Shown here piece by piece: positions 25,576 through 35,497 of a DNA stretch of 64,000 nucleotides. Position numbers and translations under genes: made by a program. Every line of letters starts with the position of its first letter. The stretch's first letter is position 1. Under the pieces are notes generated by a model. It was not told where the DNA came from and made no database searches. It saw only the letters and a list, made by a program, of their open reading frames with translations. The stretch is from a virus: the IMG/VR virus record IMGVR_UViG_3300042861_001913; one strand, given 5' to 3'.

Positions 25576-26078
25576 ATAATTTCACTAATAAGTCCTAATT
25601 CTAAAGCTTGTTGTGCAGTTAAATATGTATCTTTCAACATCATATTGCTAGTTAACTTAGTGTCTTTATAACACTCCATACAATATGACTCTAATTTATC
25701 CCACCAATCAATTACATTCTTAGTTCCAGTTAAATCATGATTAATACTACCTCTTAATTCATGTACCATAAATGTTGTATAACTACTACACTTACTAGTA
25801 GCTGCACATAATAATAATGTACCACCACTAGCTACATAACCTTCTGCAATAATAGTTATATTAAGTGAACTACGTTTAATAACTTCATACATCTTAAGTG
25901 AACTAGTTACACATCCACCATAACAATCTAGATAAATAGTAATTGATTTATCAGCAGATGATTTTAAATTAGATTCTAATTCACGCAATAGATAAACAAA
26001 CTTAGTTGATGATAAGTTATTAATGTTTCCAGTAAAATATAAATCAGTACCTTTATAGAAGCATTCAAATTCGGACAT
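25572..26078 (-). CDS. ClpP-family (S14) serine protease-like protein
   Basis: IYLDCYGGCVTSSLKMYEVI, GYVASGGTLLLCAA (Ser) and FMVHELRG (His) align with ClpP active-site blocks. Confidence 0.7.
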   Translation of the reverse strand: MSEFECFYKGTDLYFTGNINNLSSTKFVYLLRELESNLKSSADKSITIYLDCYGGCVTSSLKMYEVIKRSSLNITIIAEGYVASGGTLLLCAATSKCSSYTTFMVHELRGSINHDLTGTKNVIDWWDKLESYCMECYKDTKLTSNMMLKDTYLTAQQALELGLISEII

Positions 26079-26162
26079 TATCTACCTCATTTATTAACTT
26101 AGTTAACTCATCTTCAGTTAGGACTACACTACTATCATCACCTACTTTAATCAACTGATATA

Positions 26163-26435
26163 TCATAGACGTAATAAAACAGGGAGATTGGCGAAATTAG
26201 GACAATAACACCATTCAATTACAGGTGTATTAATTAAACTTGCAGGTATTTGTTGATTTATGTAAAATTCTCGATCTTTAAAGTTATAATTTCCATTATT
26301 AATTACTAATTTACCAGCACGCCATATTACCTTAATTAATAAATTTTTACTATAAGGATAACTACTATAGTTATCATCAGGTAACATCTCATCTACACTA
26401 AACCATTCTAATTCTATTACTTGTTTCTTACTCAT
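26163..26435 (-). CDS. hypothetical protein
   Basis: 90-aa ORF (WFSVDEMLPDD..). Confidence 0.4.
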   Translation of the reverse strand: MSKKQVIELEWFSVDEMLPDDNYSSYPYSKNLLIKVIWRAGKLVINNGNYNFKDREFYINQQIPASLINTPVIEWCYCPNFANLPVLLRL

Positions 26436-26452
26436 ACTTGTTACACTTGTAA

Positions 26453-26965
26453 TTGACGGAGTTATACACTTTAATTAACATGACTTGCGAATTATCAACA
26501 ACTAGTTTAATCAAGAATCTATATATAGAATGTCAAACACCTATATTAGATCAATTCAGCATAACTAATAGAGCTACATTTAGTAGTGTTAGTTATTTAG
26601 TTATTCCAGTTATATCATCTAATTATACTAGATTATTAACCGAACGATCAGAATTAGTAGATACATTAAATACCGCATTTATTAGACCTAAACCTGTGCG
26701 AGTTGGATTTACTGTACGTATAGTTAACAATGATTGGAATGTACATCGTTGTCTAGAGTTTCTAGCTATTAGTAGTGTTACTAGTAGTTACAATAACTAT
26801 ATTCCAGTAACTGTAATTGATTATGTGCGACCTGAAGTAACTGATGCTACTGCTACAGTTCGTAAAGGTATGCTAACTTTATCTGCTGGTAATGGTAGAA
26901 CTGGTAACTATACTGAAGATTATGAGATTACATTTAATGAAATAACTAAACGAGTGATAATGTAA
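26453..26965 (+). CDS. putative distal tail protein
   Basis: Called from position only. It is the first plus-strand gene after the accessory island and precedes the 887-aa tail protein. Confidence 0.3.
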   Translation: MTELYTLINMTCELSTTSLIKNLYIECQTPILDQFSITNRATFSSVSYLVIPVISSNYTRLLTERSELVDTLNTAFIRPKPVRVGFTVRIVNNDWNVHRCLEFLAISSVTSSYNNYIPVTVIDYVRPEVTDATATVRKGMLTLSAGNGRTGNYTEDYEITFNEITKRVIM

Positions 26966-26982
26966 AGGACAAAGTCAACATT

Positions 26983-29646
26983 ATGTTTATTCTTACTAAT
27001 ACAGATTTACCGGAATTAGCAACTACATACTATAACAGTTGTATTAATAGCATTCTTAAACAATCAACTAGTTTAACTAATAGTGGTTTAATATCGAAGC
27101 TATTTAGTAATGTAACTACAACTATTACAACTGTAACTGCGGGAATTAATGGAACATACGAATTAACTACTGATACATTACCTGATTTAATAACAACTAC
27201 AAATGGAACATTCACATTAGCTAAGGATATTAATAACCCTGTTAATGGTGAGTTTATTTACATTAATAATAAAGTAGTTATTTATAGTGCAGTTAATTTA
27301 ATTAATGTAACTGTATTTAGTTCACCAATAGTTAATTCACTTAGAATACCTACTATAAATGGATTAGCAGGATTGCCAGTTCTATCTAACATAACTATTA
27401 GTGAATCATTTCAAGATCATCCAACTGCATCTATTAGTTTAGTTACTAGCGTTAATTACATTGCTCAAGTTAGAAGTCTATTTAGAGTAAGTAGTTTATT
27501 TAATCTCAGTAAATATCAGTTTGTAGTTAATAGTTATAATGAAGAGTTATCTAGTGATGATGATATATTAAGAGTTAATATTAACCTACGTGGTAAATGG
27601 GATAACTATGTTAATTATCCAATAGCACTTAATAATACAACTGATATTAACAATAACTTTCAAGATCCAGAATGTTCAATTGATGCAACTGAAATAGCTA
27701 AAACTAAGAAGTACGTAACTATTAATGAAGTTGCTGCTAAAAGTGGAGCTAGGATAACTGGCATTGAAGGAACTGTAATTGTAGATAAATCAGATAATAA
27801 TGCAACTGTAACATTAGGTAGTTTAATTAATGAATACCTTGATATTAATTCTGCATTTGTTGATTACAATAAACCTGATGTAATAGTATGTAGAAAACTT
27901 AATGCTGTTACTAGTTGGACATATAATAGTGATAAGATATTAAGTAACTTTAATACTACTATTAATCGTAATTTACCATTACCAATTAACGGTAGTTACG
28001 GATCAATCAATAACAACATCAGTTACACATCGTTAGTTCCAACAACTATAACTAATCGTGTAACATCACTAACTGCTGAAAATACATTTATCATTCCATA
28101 TCCAACTATCTACAATTACACAACTCCTGATAACTTTAATGACGCTGGTAATATAGTTATTGAGGAAGCAACTAAGAATATTCAATCTAAGTTTGAAAAT
28201 CGTAAACCAGTTAAACGTACTTATATTAAAGGTGATTTAGATGCAGCAACTTGTCCATCTAACATAACTAGACTTAAAACACTTGATCTTAATCATGATA
28301 AGAGTGGTGTAACTAAAACTATTATAGATATAACTGAAGAAGATAATAATCCAATAAGTGAAGTTACGCGACGTTATGGATTTGCATATACATCATGGGA
28401 TATCACATTAATTAGTGGTGGAAGTATTGAATTAGATAGTGCTGCTACTAATTGGTGGACACTAATTGAAGAAACTAAAACTACATATAACTATGATAAT
28501 AAAACTGGATATCTACTTGGTTATGATTTAACTGGACGTAAACTAATTCGCGCCAATATAGAAGGTGATGATAGATATACTCAAGAATATCAACTTGCAG
28601 TTAACGATGGTGAAACTCCATCTAGTGCGGATACTGCAACTTATAACACTTATCAATTTAAGTTTGTTCGTGTTACAGGAGCTAAGAGATATGAGTTAGC
28701 TCAACATAGAGATTACTATCGTCAATTTGGACAACAATCTAAGTTTATTAAACAATGCAATAAAGATGGTTCTAGTAGTTATGTAGCAGATCCAACTTAT
28801 ATTGAACCTATGTTTGTAATAGCTGAAGCAGAACAATATAGTTGTTTCTTAAGTGTTGATAATCCACTTAATTTAGAACGCGAATCAGGAGATCCAGTTG
28901 AACCACCATTAACTAGTGGTCAGGAGACATATAATAGAACATTCCTTAAAATACTACCATCTAAGAATAGTGCTAAACAACAGAACTTCCGTAGTGACTA
29001 TCAAGGTGAAGACACTTATATCTCATATACAAGTAACTTTACATCACAAGATCCTGGATTTCGTGCAGTTACTGAAGAAACAAGTAGTTCAACTAATACA
29101 GGAATACCACCTGTACATACTCGTAAACCACCTAAATATGAATTAATTGAACCTAAGAAAGAAGAAGATAAAGTTACTAATAATTATAGATATGTTTATT
29201 GGACAACCCCTTATACTGGTGGTTATCCTAGAACTGGTAGTTATAACTTCGATAAAGCTAAGAATATAAGTGAAGTAACTGCTGCTGTTAATAATCAACT
29301 TAGAATAGATGATATTAGAAATACATTAACATCAACTATGACTATTCCATATAACGGTAGTATTACAACTGGAGATAAAGTAACTGTTATATTTAATGGA
29401 CTTCAATGTTATAGAAGAGTAGTTAGTATAACTCATTCTATAATACAAGAGTTTACTAATGTTGGTATTGAAACTACAGCAGTAACTAATTTAACTATGG
29501 GTATTGATAGAGATATTAGTGTTAGTAGTAAAAAAGAAAAGATAGTTAAACCCGTTAAACCAACACCTAAAACCCCATCTGATGTTTATGCTGAAGGATT
29601 TAAATTAGGTTCATTATTACCAAATACACTAGGACGTGGATCATGA
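26983..29646 (+). CDS. putative tail tip / baseplate hub protein
   Basis: 887-aa ORF. Size and synteny are typical of tail-tip proteins. No enzymatic motif seen. Confidence 0.45.
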   Translation: MFILTNTDLPELATTYYNSCINSILKQSTSLTNSGLISKLFSNVTTTITTVTAGINGTYELTTDTLPDLITTTNGTFTLAKDINNPVNGEFIYINNKVVIYSAVNLINVTVFSSPIVNSLRIPTINGLAGLPVLSNITISESFQDHPTASISLVTSVNYIAQVRSLFRVSSLFNLSKYQFVVNSYNEELSSDDDILRVNINLRGKWDNYVNYPIALNNTTDINNNFQDPECSIDATEIAKTKKYVTINEVAAKSGARITGIEGTVIVDKSDNNATVTLGSLINEYLDINSAFVDYNKPDVIVCRKLNAVTSWTYNSDKILSNFNTTINRNLPLPINGSYGSINNNISYTSLVPTTITNRVTSLTAENTFIIPYPTIYNYTTPDNFNDAGNIVIEEATKNIQSKFENRKPVKRTYIKGDLDAATCPSNITRLKTLDLNHDKSGVTKTIIDITEEDNNPISEVTRRYGFAYTSWDITLISGGSIELDSAATNWWTLIEETKTTYNYDNKTGYLLGYDLTGRKLIRANIEGDDRYTQEYQLAVNDGETPSSADTATYNTYQFKFVRVTGAKRYELAQHRDYYRQFGQQSKFIKQCNKDGSSSYVADPTYIEPMFVIAEAEQYSCFLSVDNPLNLERESGDPVEPPLTSGQETYNRTFLKILPSKNSAKQQNFRSDYQGEDTYISYTSNFTSQDPGFRAVTEETSSSTNTGIPPVHTRKPPKYELIEPKKEEDKVTNNYRYVYWTTPYTGGYPRTGSYNFDKAKNISEVTAAVNNQLRIDDIRNTLTSTMTIPYNGSITTGDKVTVIFNGLQCYRRVVSITHSIIQEFTNVGIETTAVTNLTMGIDRDISVSSKKEKIVKPVKPTPKTPSDVYAEGFKLGSLLPNTLGRGS

Positions 29647-29814
29647 ACGACTATATGAAGTTACTAAAAGATGAGTTAAGAAGACTAGTTAAGAATAAGG
29701 TTACAGTTAATGTAGTTAATAGTAATTATGTTATTGATGTTAGAGGTAAACAAATAACTGTACCTCTAACAAATACAACAACCGTAAGAAAAAATAGTAT
29801 TAAGAGTAAGTAGC
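29644..29814 (+). CDS. possible small ORF (56 aa), translationally coupled
   Basis: ATGA overlap with the stop of 26983..29646. Not in the track because it is shorter than 60 aa. Confidence 0.3.
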
Positions 29815-30219
29815 GTCCTCGTATTTAAACCTACTATAATAACGTTCCTTTACTATATGTTTCTCACTATTTAATACACCATGTAATTTAATATTTCCCT
29901 CTTTAATTTGTTGATCTAATGCTAATTTAAGTAAAACTAAATCTATGTTATGTTTAGTAACTAGTTCATCTAAGGTATAACCTTTAGGTAAACTAGCTTC
30001 TTTTAACTGTAATTTAAATAGATCAAGTAATACTGGTTGCACATAATCACTATGGCGTAATAAATAGGCGCGATTAATTGATTGTTCTATTTCTAATTTA
30101 AGCGTCTCTTCTTTTTTCTTACATTCATAAAGTTCATTTAATTGAGTTAAATAAACTGGTTTATTATCAACTAACATTAGTTGAAGTAGTTCATTGATTG
30201 CTTTATCTAGATTATTCAT
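29800..30219 (-). CDS. hypothetical protein
   Basis: 139-aa ORF in a 3-gene minus-strand islet. Confidence 0.4.
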   Translation of the reverse strand: MNNLDKAINELLQLMLVDNKPVYLTQLNELYECKKKEETLKLEIEQSINRAYLLRHSDYVQPVLLDLFKLQLKEASLPKGYTLDELVTKHNIDLVLLKLALDQQIKEGNIKLHGVLNSEKHIVKERYYSRFKYEDATYS

Positions 30220-30467
30220 AGTGCGTTAAGTATGTCAAGGTAACTAACAAGTTTAATATCAGTAATAACATCTGGTAGATCACAGAATCTCACATTTAAA
30301 TAATCTTCAACTAATCCATAATAACGTACTGTATTATAACCATTAGCTTTTAAATAAATACCAATATTGTGTAGTGTAGCTGTTCTATCAGGTGATCCTT
30401 CTAATGGTGGTAATTTACCATTTAAAACATTATTAATAACGTCTCTAACTTGTTGTTTAGTTATCAT
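30216..30467 (-). CDS. hypothetical protein, paralog of 30464..30712
   Basis: C-terminus is VSYLDILNAL. It shares the DNA word atgtcaaggtaacta with its neighbour. Confidence 0.4.
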   Translation of the reverse strand: MITKQQVRDVINNVLNGKLPPLEGSPDRTATLHNIGIYLKANGYNTVRYYGLVEDYLNVRFCDLPDVITDIKLVSYLDILNAL

Positions 30468-30712
30468 AGTTTATCTAATATGTCAAGGTAACTAAGTTGT
30501 GGTAATTCTTTAACAGCAGATAGATTTATTATTTCTACATTACAAGTTTTCTCTAACCAAGCTATTGTAGTCATATTAAATGGGTTAGCTATAGCGGACA
30601 TTTGATTATAAGTACGTCCACTTAATCTAATTGATGTAGGTCTATTACCACTTTCTTTATAAAAACATCGAATTAAATTGCGGATATATGATTGAGCTTC
30701 TTGTAAGTTCAT
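30464..30712 (-). CDS. hypothetical protein, paralog of 30216..30467
   Basis: C-terminus is LSYLDILDKL. Confidence 0.4.
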   Translation of the reverse strand: MNLQEAQSYIRNLIRCFYKESGNRPTSIRLSGRTYNQMSAIANPFNMTTIAWLEKTCNVEIINLSAVKELPQLSYLDILDKL

Positions 30713-30748
30713 ATATTATAATTACTCATATACACTATTTTCTTACTC

Positions 30749-33700
30749 ATGACAACAACCTATAGTTCGGGTAAATTACAACTTACATTTAATTCAGGTA
30801 ATGTATCTGTAGTTAATGGTTCAGGTAACTTAGGAGTTACAGGAACTTACTATATCTCTATTCAAGGTCGGAATCTAATTGGACTTAATCTGAATAGTAC
30901 ATTAGTTCCAGTTACTTTAACTACAACATCTACATTAACTATAACATTACCATCATTAGCTAGTGGTGAAACTTGGTCTGACATAGTTATATCAGCATCA
31001 ACTACTAATAACGTATCTGCCTTAACTCAAGTAATGGTAGTTAATAGTGCTGATTTTAATTCGCCAGTTATATTAACTAGTGTTGAGTTGTTCAAGCTAA
31101 CTACACTTGCTCGTACTGTAGCTAACTCTGCTGCATTACCAGCAACACCAATTCAGGGACTTATAAGATACATAACTAACCTCAACTACTACTATGAATA
31201 CGATGAATACAGTACAGCAACTGTAGATAACTTAACTGTATTAACTGCAACTACTGGTAGATGGCTTAGAGTAGGTGCAATTAGTACGTATATAACTGAT
31301 ACTACAGCTACAGATGGATGTGATCAAGATGTTCGCACACCTAATCTAATTGTTAATGCACCATCATATACTTGTGATGGTAGTAAAGGTGATGGAGTTA
31401 CCTTCTGGTTACGTAATGAATTTAGCACTATTATTTCAAGTGGAACTAGAATTAGTTGTACTGTGCGATTATTTGAGGAAGATAAATCTCAATTGTTCGA
31501 TAGTCTCCTAATACTAGAACTACTTGGTTATGTTAATTTAATAACTGGAGTATTAGATGCTTCAGTTAGTAGTGGTGAAGTAACTTATCAACCTCGTAGT
31601 CAATGGTTAACATTACCAGAGGATCTCGACATTGGTTATGCTGCTGTAGTTAGAGTTAGTCCTAAATTCACCATTACTGATTTAGATAACAATGTTCCAT
31701 ATCTAGCTAACTTAACTACATACGTTACATTTGCTCCAACTAGCGGTATCTATACTCCTGGTGTATTCGGCAACTTAATTTACAACGAATATGATAAGTG
31801 GCGCATTTATTCTGATGTTGGACTTAGTGTAATTAAGAGTAAGGGTAGTGGAATAGTTAATAATTATGAACTTAATGATATATCCGCCGAAACTATAACA
31901 GGGTTAAGTTCTAATACCGCCAACCAGTATATTTTTCTTACTAGTAATGGTACTTCGTTCGCATCAACTACTAGTTCATTCGTTAGTGCAGTTAAGCGAT
32001 GTGTAGTTAGTACAGTTAATGGTATAGGAACTCCAGTTAGTTATGGTAGCTTCGCGTTAAATAACACTAAGAAGTTATCTGTAACTGTTAATTATCCAAC
32101 TAGTGTTAGAAGTAATTATCCTGATGCTCTTATTGCAGGTTCTAGTAAAGGTAAGTTTAATGCAACTAATGTTGTTATCTATATTAAGAATAGTAGTAAT
32201 GCCGTATTCGTAACTGAAGTTAACATAACTCCATCTGCTAGTAATGATGTTTATGTACTTAATTATAGTGACTTTACTAGTTCTACATTAGCAACACCAT
32301 CTAGTAATTATGGTTTATATACACCATTAAGTGTAACTACTTCAACTCCATCTAACAGTAGTACATTTCCTACTGGTAGTTATGAAGTGTTTGTTGCATT
32401 TAAATACACTGGAGTTGTTACAGTTATTGATCATAGTGTTAGTGAGTTATATGAGATAACAAGTAACCTGAGTGAGTTATTCTCAACTAGTGCAACAGTA
32501 TGGTATAGCGATAATGGTGTTCCTAGTAGTTTAATTGGTGAAGATGGTTCATATTATCTTAATTATGATAATGCTAATATTTATAAGAAGGTTAATGATA
32601 CTTGGAGTTTAGATGGAAATATTAGTGTTATTTCACCTTCATTTACTACTATTGCAGTTAGTGGACAAAGTAATGTAGTTGCAGATCAAACTAATGATAG
32701 TTTAACTCTAGTTGCAGGAACTGGTATTACATTAACTACTAATGCCACAACCGATGCTATTACTATTACTGGAACTAGCGTCACTAATACATTTAGTACA
32801 ATAACTGTAGCTGGACAATCTGATATAGTTGCTGATAATGGAACTGATACATTAACTATTGCTGCTGGTAGTGGTATTACCTTAACTACAAATTCTGCAA
32901 CTGATACATTAACTATCGCAGGAACTGCTGTTAGTAATACATTTAGTACAATTGCAGTTAGTGGTCAATCTGATGTAGTAGCTGATAGTGCTAGTGATAC
33001 TATTACGTTAGTTGCTGGAACTGGAATGACTATTACAACTAACACCACTACAGATACTATTACTTTTGAAAGTAGTGGTGTTAATGTTGATGTTACGCGA
33101 ACTTCTACAATGTCTAATAGTATTGGAACTGGTAGTAAGACGTTTACTTATACTGCTAGTTCTAACTTAGGATGGTTAGTTAGTACGAGATTGCGTGCTG
33201 CGTATGATGTTTCTAACTATATGGAAGGTGTAGTTACTGCTGTTAGTAGTACCTCAGTTACTATTACATCAGATAATGCAGTTGGTAGTGGAACTTATAC
33301 TAGTTGGAACATAACAATAGCTGGAGATAAAGGTTCTACTGGAAGTGCTGGTAGTTTAAATGCCGCATCTGGATTTATATTAACTCCTGTTGGAAGTCCC
33401 ATTACTACATCAACTAACGAAGTTGGTTTCTATGTCGATAGCACTGATAACTTATTTAAAACTAGAGACGTTAATAATGGTACAGTTAGAACATTAGCAT
33501 CATTAAATAGAGTTCAAGCATTTACTCAAACACAATATGCTACACCTGTTATTAATAATTCTGCTACTGGGACAGTAACTTTAGACGGTAGTGCTAGTAA
33601 TGTTTTCATACTAACTCTAACTGGAAACCTGACTCTGACCATGAACAACATTCAAGTTGGAGCAACTTATATCATCTACTTAATTCAAGATGAAACTGGT

Positions 33701-33850
33701 AGTAGAACTATTACACTTGATGCTATATTTAAACGATTAACTGGTGATACAACTACAGTTAATACAACAGCTAATAAAGTTAATATGTTAACTGGAGTAG
33801 CTAGATCATCTAGTGCAATTACATTAGCTCCTATATCAGTTGAGGTTTAA
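30749..33850 (+). CDS. tail fiber protein
   Basis: 1033 aa, S/T/N/V-rich, with three 50-aa fiber repeats (F.TI.V.GQS.VVAD...D.LT..AG.GIT.TTN..TD..TI). Confidence 0.7.
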   Translation: MTTTYSSGKLQLTFNSGNVSVVNGSGNLGVTGTYYISIQGRNLIGLNLNSTLVPVTLTTTSTLTITLPSLASGETWSDIVISASTTNNVSALTQVMVVNSADFNSPVILTSVELFKLTTLARTVANSAALPATPIQGLIRYITNLNYYYEYDEYSTATVDNLTVLTATTGRWLRVGAISTYITDTTATDGCDQDVRTPNLIVNAPSYTCDGSKGDGVTFWLRNEFSTIISSGTRISCTVRLFEEDKSQLFDSLLILELLGYVNLITGVLDASVSSGEVTYQPRSQWLTLPEDLDIGYAAVVRVSPKFTITDLDNNVPYLANLTTYVTFAPTSGIYTPGVFGNLIYNEYDKWRIYSDVGLSVIKSKGSGIVNNYELNDISAETITGLSSNTANQYIFLTSNGTSFASTTSSFVSAVKRCVVSTVNGIGTPVSYGSFALNNTKKLSVTVNYPTSVRSNYPDALIAGSSKGKFNATNVVIYIKNSSNAVFVTEVNITPSASNDVYVLNYSDFTSSTLATPSSNYGLYTPLSVTTSTPSNSSTFPTGSYEVFVAFKYTGVVTVIDHSVSELYEITSNLSELFSTSATVWYSDNGVPSSLIGEDGSYYLNYDNANIYKKVNDTWSLDGNISVISPSFTTIAVSGQSNVVADQTNDSLTLVAGTGITLTTNATTDAITITGTSVTNTFSTITVAGQSDIVADNGTDTLTIAAGSGITLTTNSATDTLTIAGTAVSNTFSTIAVSGQSDVVADSASDTITLVAGTGMTITTNTTTDTITFESSGVNVDVTRTSTMSNSIGTGSKTFTYTASSNLGWLVSTRLRAAYDVSNYMEGVVTAVSSTSVTITSDNAVGSGTYTSWNITIAGDKGSTGSAGSLNAASGFILTPVGSPITTSTNEVGFYVDSTDNLFKTRDVNNGTVRTLASLNRVQAFTQTQYATPVINNSATGTVTLDGSASNVFILTLTGNLTLTMNNIQVGATYIIYLIQDETGSRTITLDAIFKRLTGDTTTVNTTANKVNMLTGVARSSSAITLAPISVEV
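32642..33091 (+). repeat. three tandem 150-nt (50-aa) repeats within the tail fiber gene
   Basis: The unit FTTIAVSGQSNVVADQTNDSLTLVAGTGITLTTNATTDAITITGTSVTNT is repeated with about 60-70% identity. Confidence 0.75.
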
Positions 33851-33852
33851 TC

Positions 33853-34620
33853 ATGTTTACTTTTCCAGTTGGTTTTTTTAATCCTATTGTTAGTGGTGGT
33901 GTAGATCCTTTTGCCGCAAACGTAGCTCTATTTCTTAAAGGCAATGGCACTAATAATACGAATATTGTTGATAATTCTAGTTTTAATCATTCAATCATGA
34001 ACCAAAACGGAGTAATCAACACAATTAACCCTAAAAAGTATGGTCTTGGTAGTTTGTTTTTTTCGGGTGCTAACCACCTTATTCTAGGTTCTGATTTTGT
34101 GTCTAATTTTGAACCCTTTGCAGGGAGCAAAAAAACTATAGATTCTTTGATCAAAATAACAGAACCAGCGACATATTGGGTATCAGGCATAATCGGGAAT
34201 TATAGAGCTGTAGCGGCTAATGGTCGCTGGCGAATGGGTTATACTACTTCATCTTCATTAATAAATCCAAATCCCACGATATCCCTACACTTCACTTGGA
34301 CTACAAGCCAAGGTACTGAGACTGAAGTAGTTTTTACTCAACCTTATGTAAATGATTTCAATCATTTAGCCGCTTGCATAGATTCTACAATACCTCAAGC
34401 AACTATTATCTATCTTTGCATTAATGGAGTAGTTCAAGCTTTTAACAATAATAACTTTGCAAGTCAAACAACTTTATACAATGCCCATGCCCATACTATT
34501 GGCGGAGGCATGGATTACACAACTGCCATAAAAGCTCATGTAAATGTTTTGAGGCTTACAAAAAACGTCAGGTACACAGCCAACTTTAATGTTGAAACTG
34601 ACACTTACTTGAATGTTTAG
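33853..34620 (+). CDS. LamG-like jelly-roll (concanavalin-A-like) fiber-associated protein
   Basis: DPFAANVALFLKGNGTNNTNIVDNSSFNHSIMNQNGVI..KKYGLGSLFFSGANHLILG is a typical Laminin_G_3-type N-terminus. Confidence 0.55.
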   Translation: MFTFPVGFFNPIVSGGVDPFAANVALFLKGNGTNNTNIVDNSSFNHSIMNQNGVINTINPKKYGLGSLFFSGANHLILGSDFVSNFEPFAGSKKTIDSLIKITEPATYWVSGIIGNYRAVAANGRWRMGYTTSSSLINPNPTISLHFTWTTSQGTETEVVFTQPYVNDFNHLAACIDSTIPQATIIYLCINGVVQAFNNNNFASQTTLYNAHAHTIGGGMDYTTAIKAHVNVLRLTKNVRYTANFNVETDTYLNV

Positions 34621-34657
34621 TTATGAAATTTGCTCAACAACTACTATCTAACTTATT

Positions 34658-35497
34658 ATGAACGAACGTAAATTAATAGATGAAATTAAACGCTTAGTTA
34701 ACAATGATGTAATTATTGGTTACTATAATGGAACTACATTTACTGACGATAATGGTAAAACATACGCTTCCAGCTATTTAGTAACTAATAATTCTCCTAT
34801 TGGTAGAGGATTCATAGTTCCATATGAAGGTAAATGGTTAGTTGTAGTAGCTAATAATAATCAAGAGGTAAGAAAAAATATAATAACTAGTAGAAAGAAG
34901 ATAAGTATTGAAGATAAACCTAAATCTCTTACTATTGATTATTTACTAGCTCATACAAATCTATTTAGGCGGAGTAACACATTTTATACAATTAGAGATA
35001 ACAAATGGAAAAAGTATGAATTACCAGAAACAATACCATTAGAATACTTAAATTATTATATTGATAGTAACTATATTGTTATAAAAAGTGATCAAAAGGA
35101 TAAGAGATTTAATCAATTAACCGTTTTAAAAGATGACGTATTTACAACCTATACATATCCAGAAGAACTTCCTGTATTAAAAACATGGCGCAAAGATGTT
35201 TTTAATACTTATAATGTTATTAATAACAATTATGGTAAATTCTGGGCTACAGTGTATCAAAATAGATTTTACGAGATATTATATGAATTTTCACAATTAA
35301 ATTTCGTTATTGAAGCATTAAGTTTAGAACAATCTATTAATATATATATTGTTAAATGTCGTTTTACTGAGGGTAAAATTACTAGTTGTAGGAAAAAACC
35401 ATTTAAAGTGAAAAGTCCTAAATTAGATACTAATATTATCTCTCCTGAAGAAGTAAACAAACTACTTATTGTTAGCACTTATATTAAATTTCAATGA
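34658..35497 (+). CDS. hypothetical protein
   Basis: 279-aa ORF with no recognised motif. Confidence 0.4.
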   Translation: MNERKLIDEIKRLVNNDVIIGYYNGTTFTDDNGKTYASSYLVTNNSPIGRGFIVPYEGKWLVVVANNNQEVRKNIITSRKKISIEDKPKSLTIDYLLAHTNLFRRSNTFYTIRDNKWKKYELPETIPLEYLNYYIDSNYIVIKSDQKDKRFNQLTVLKDDVFTTYTYPEELPVLKTWRKDVFNTYNVINNNYGKFWATVYQNRFYEILYEFSQLNFVIEALSLEQSINIYIVKCRFTEGKITSCRKKPFKVKSPKLDTNIISPEEVNKLLIVSTYIKFQ

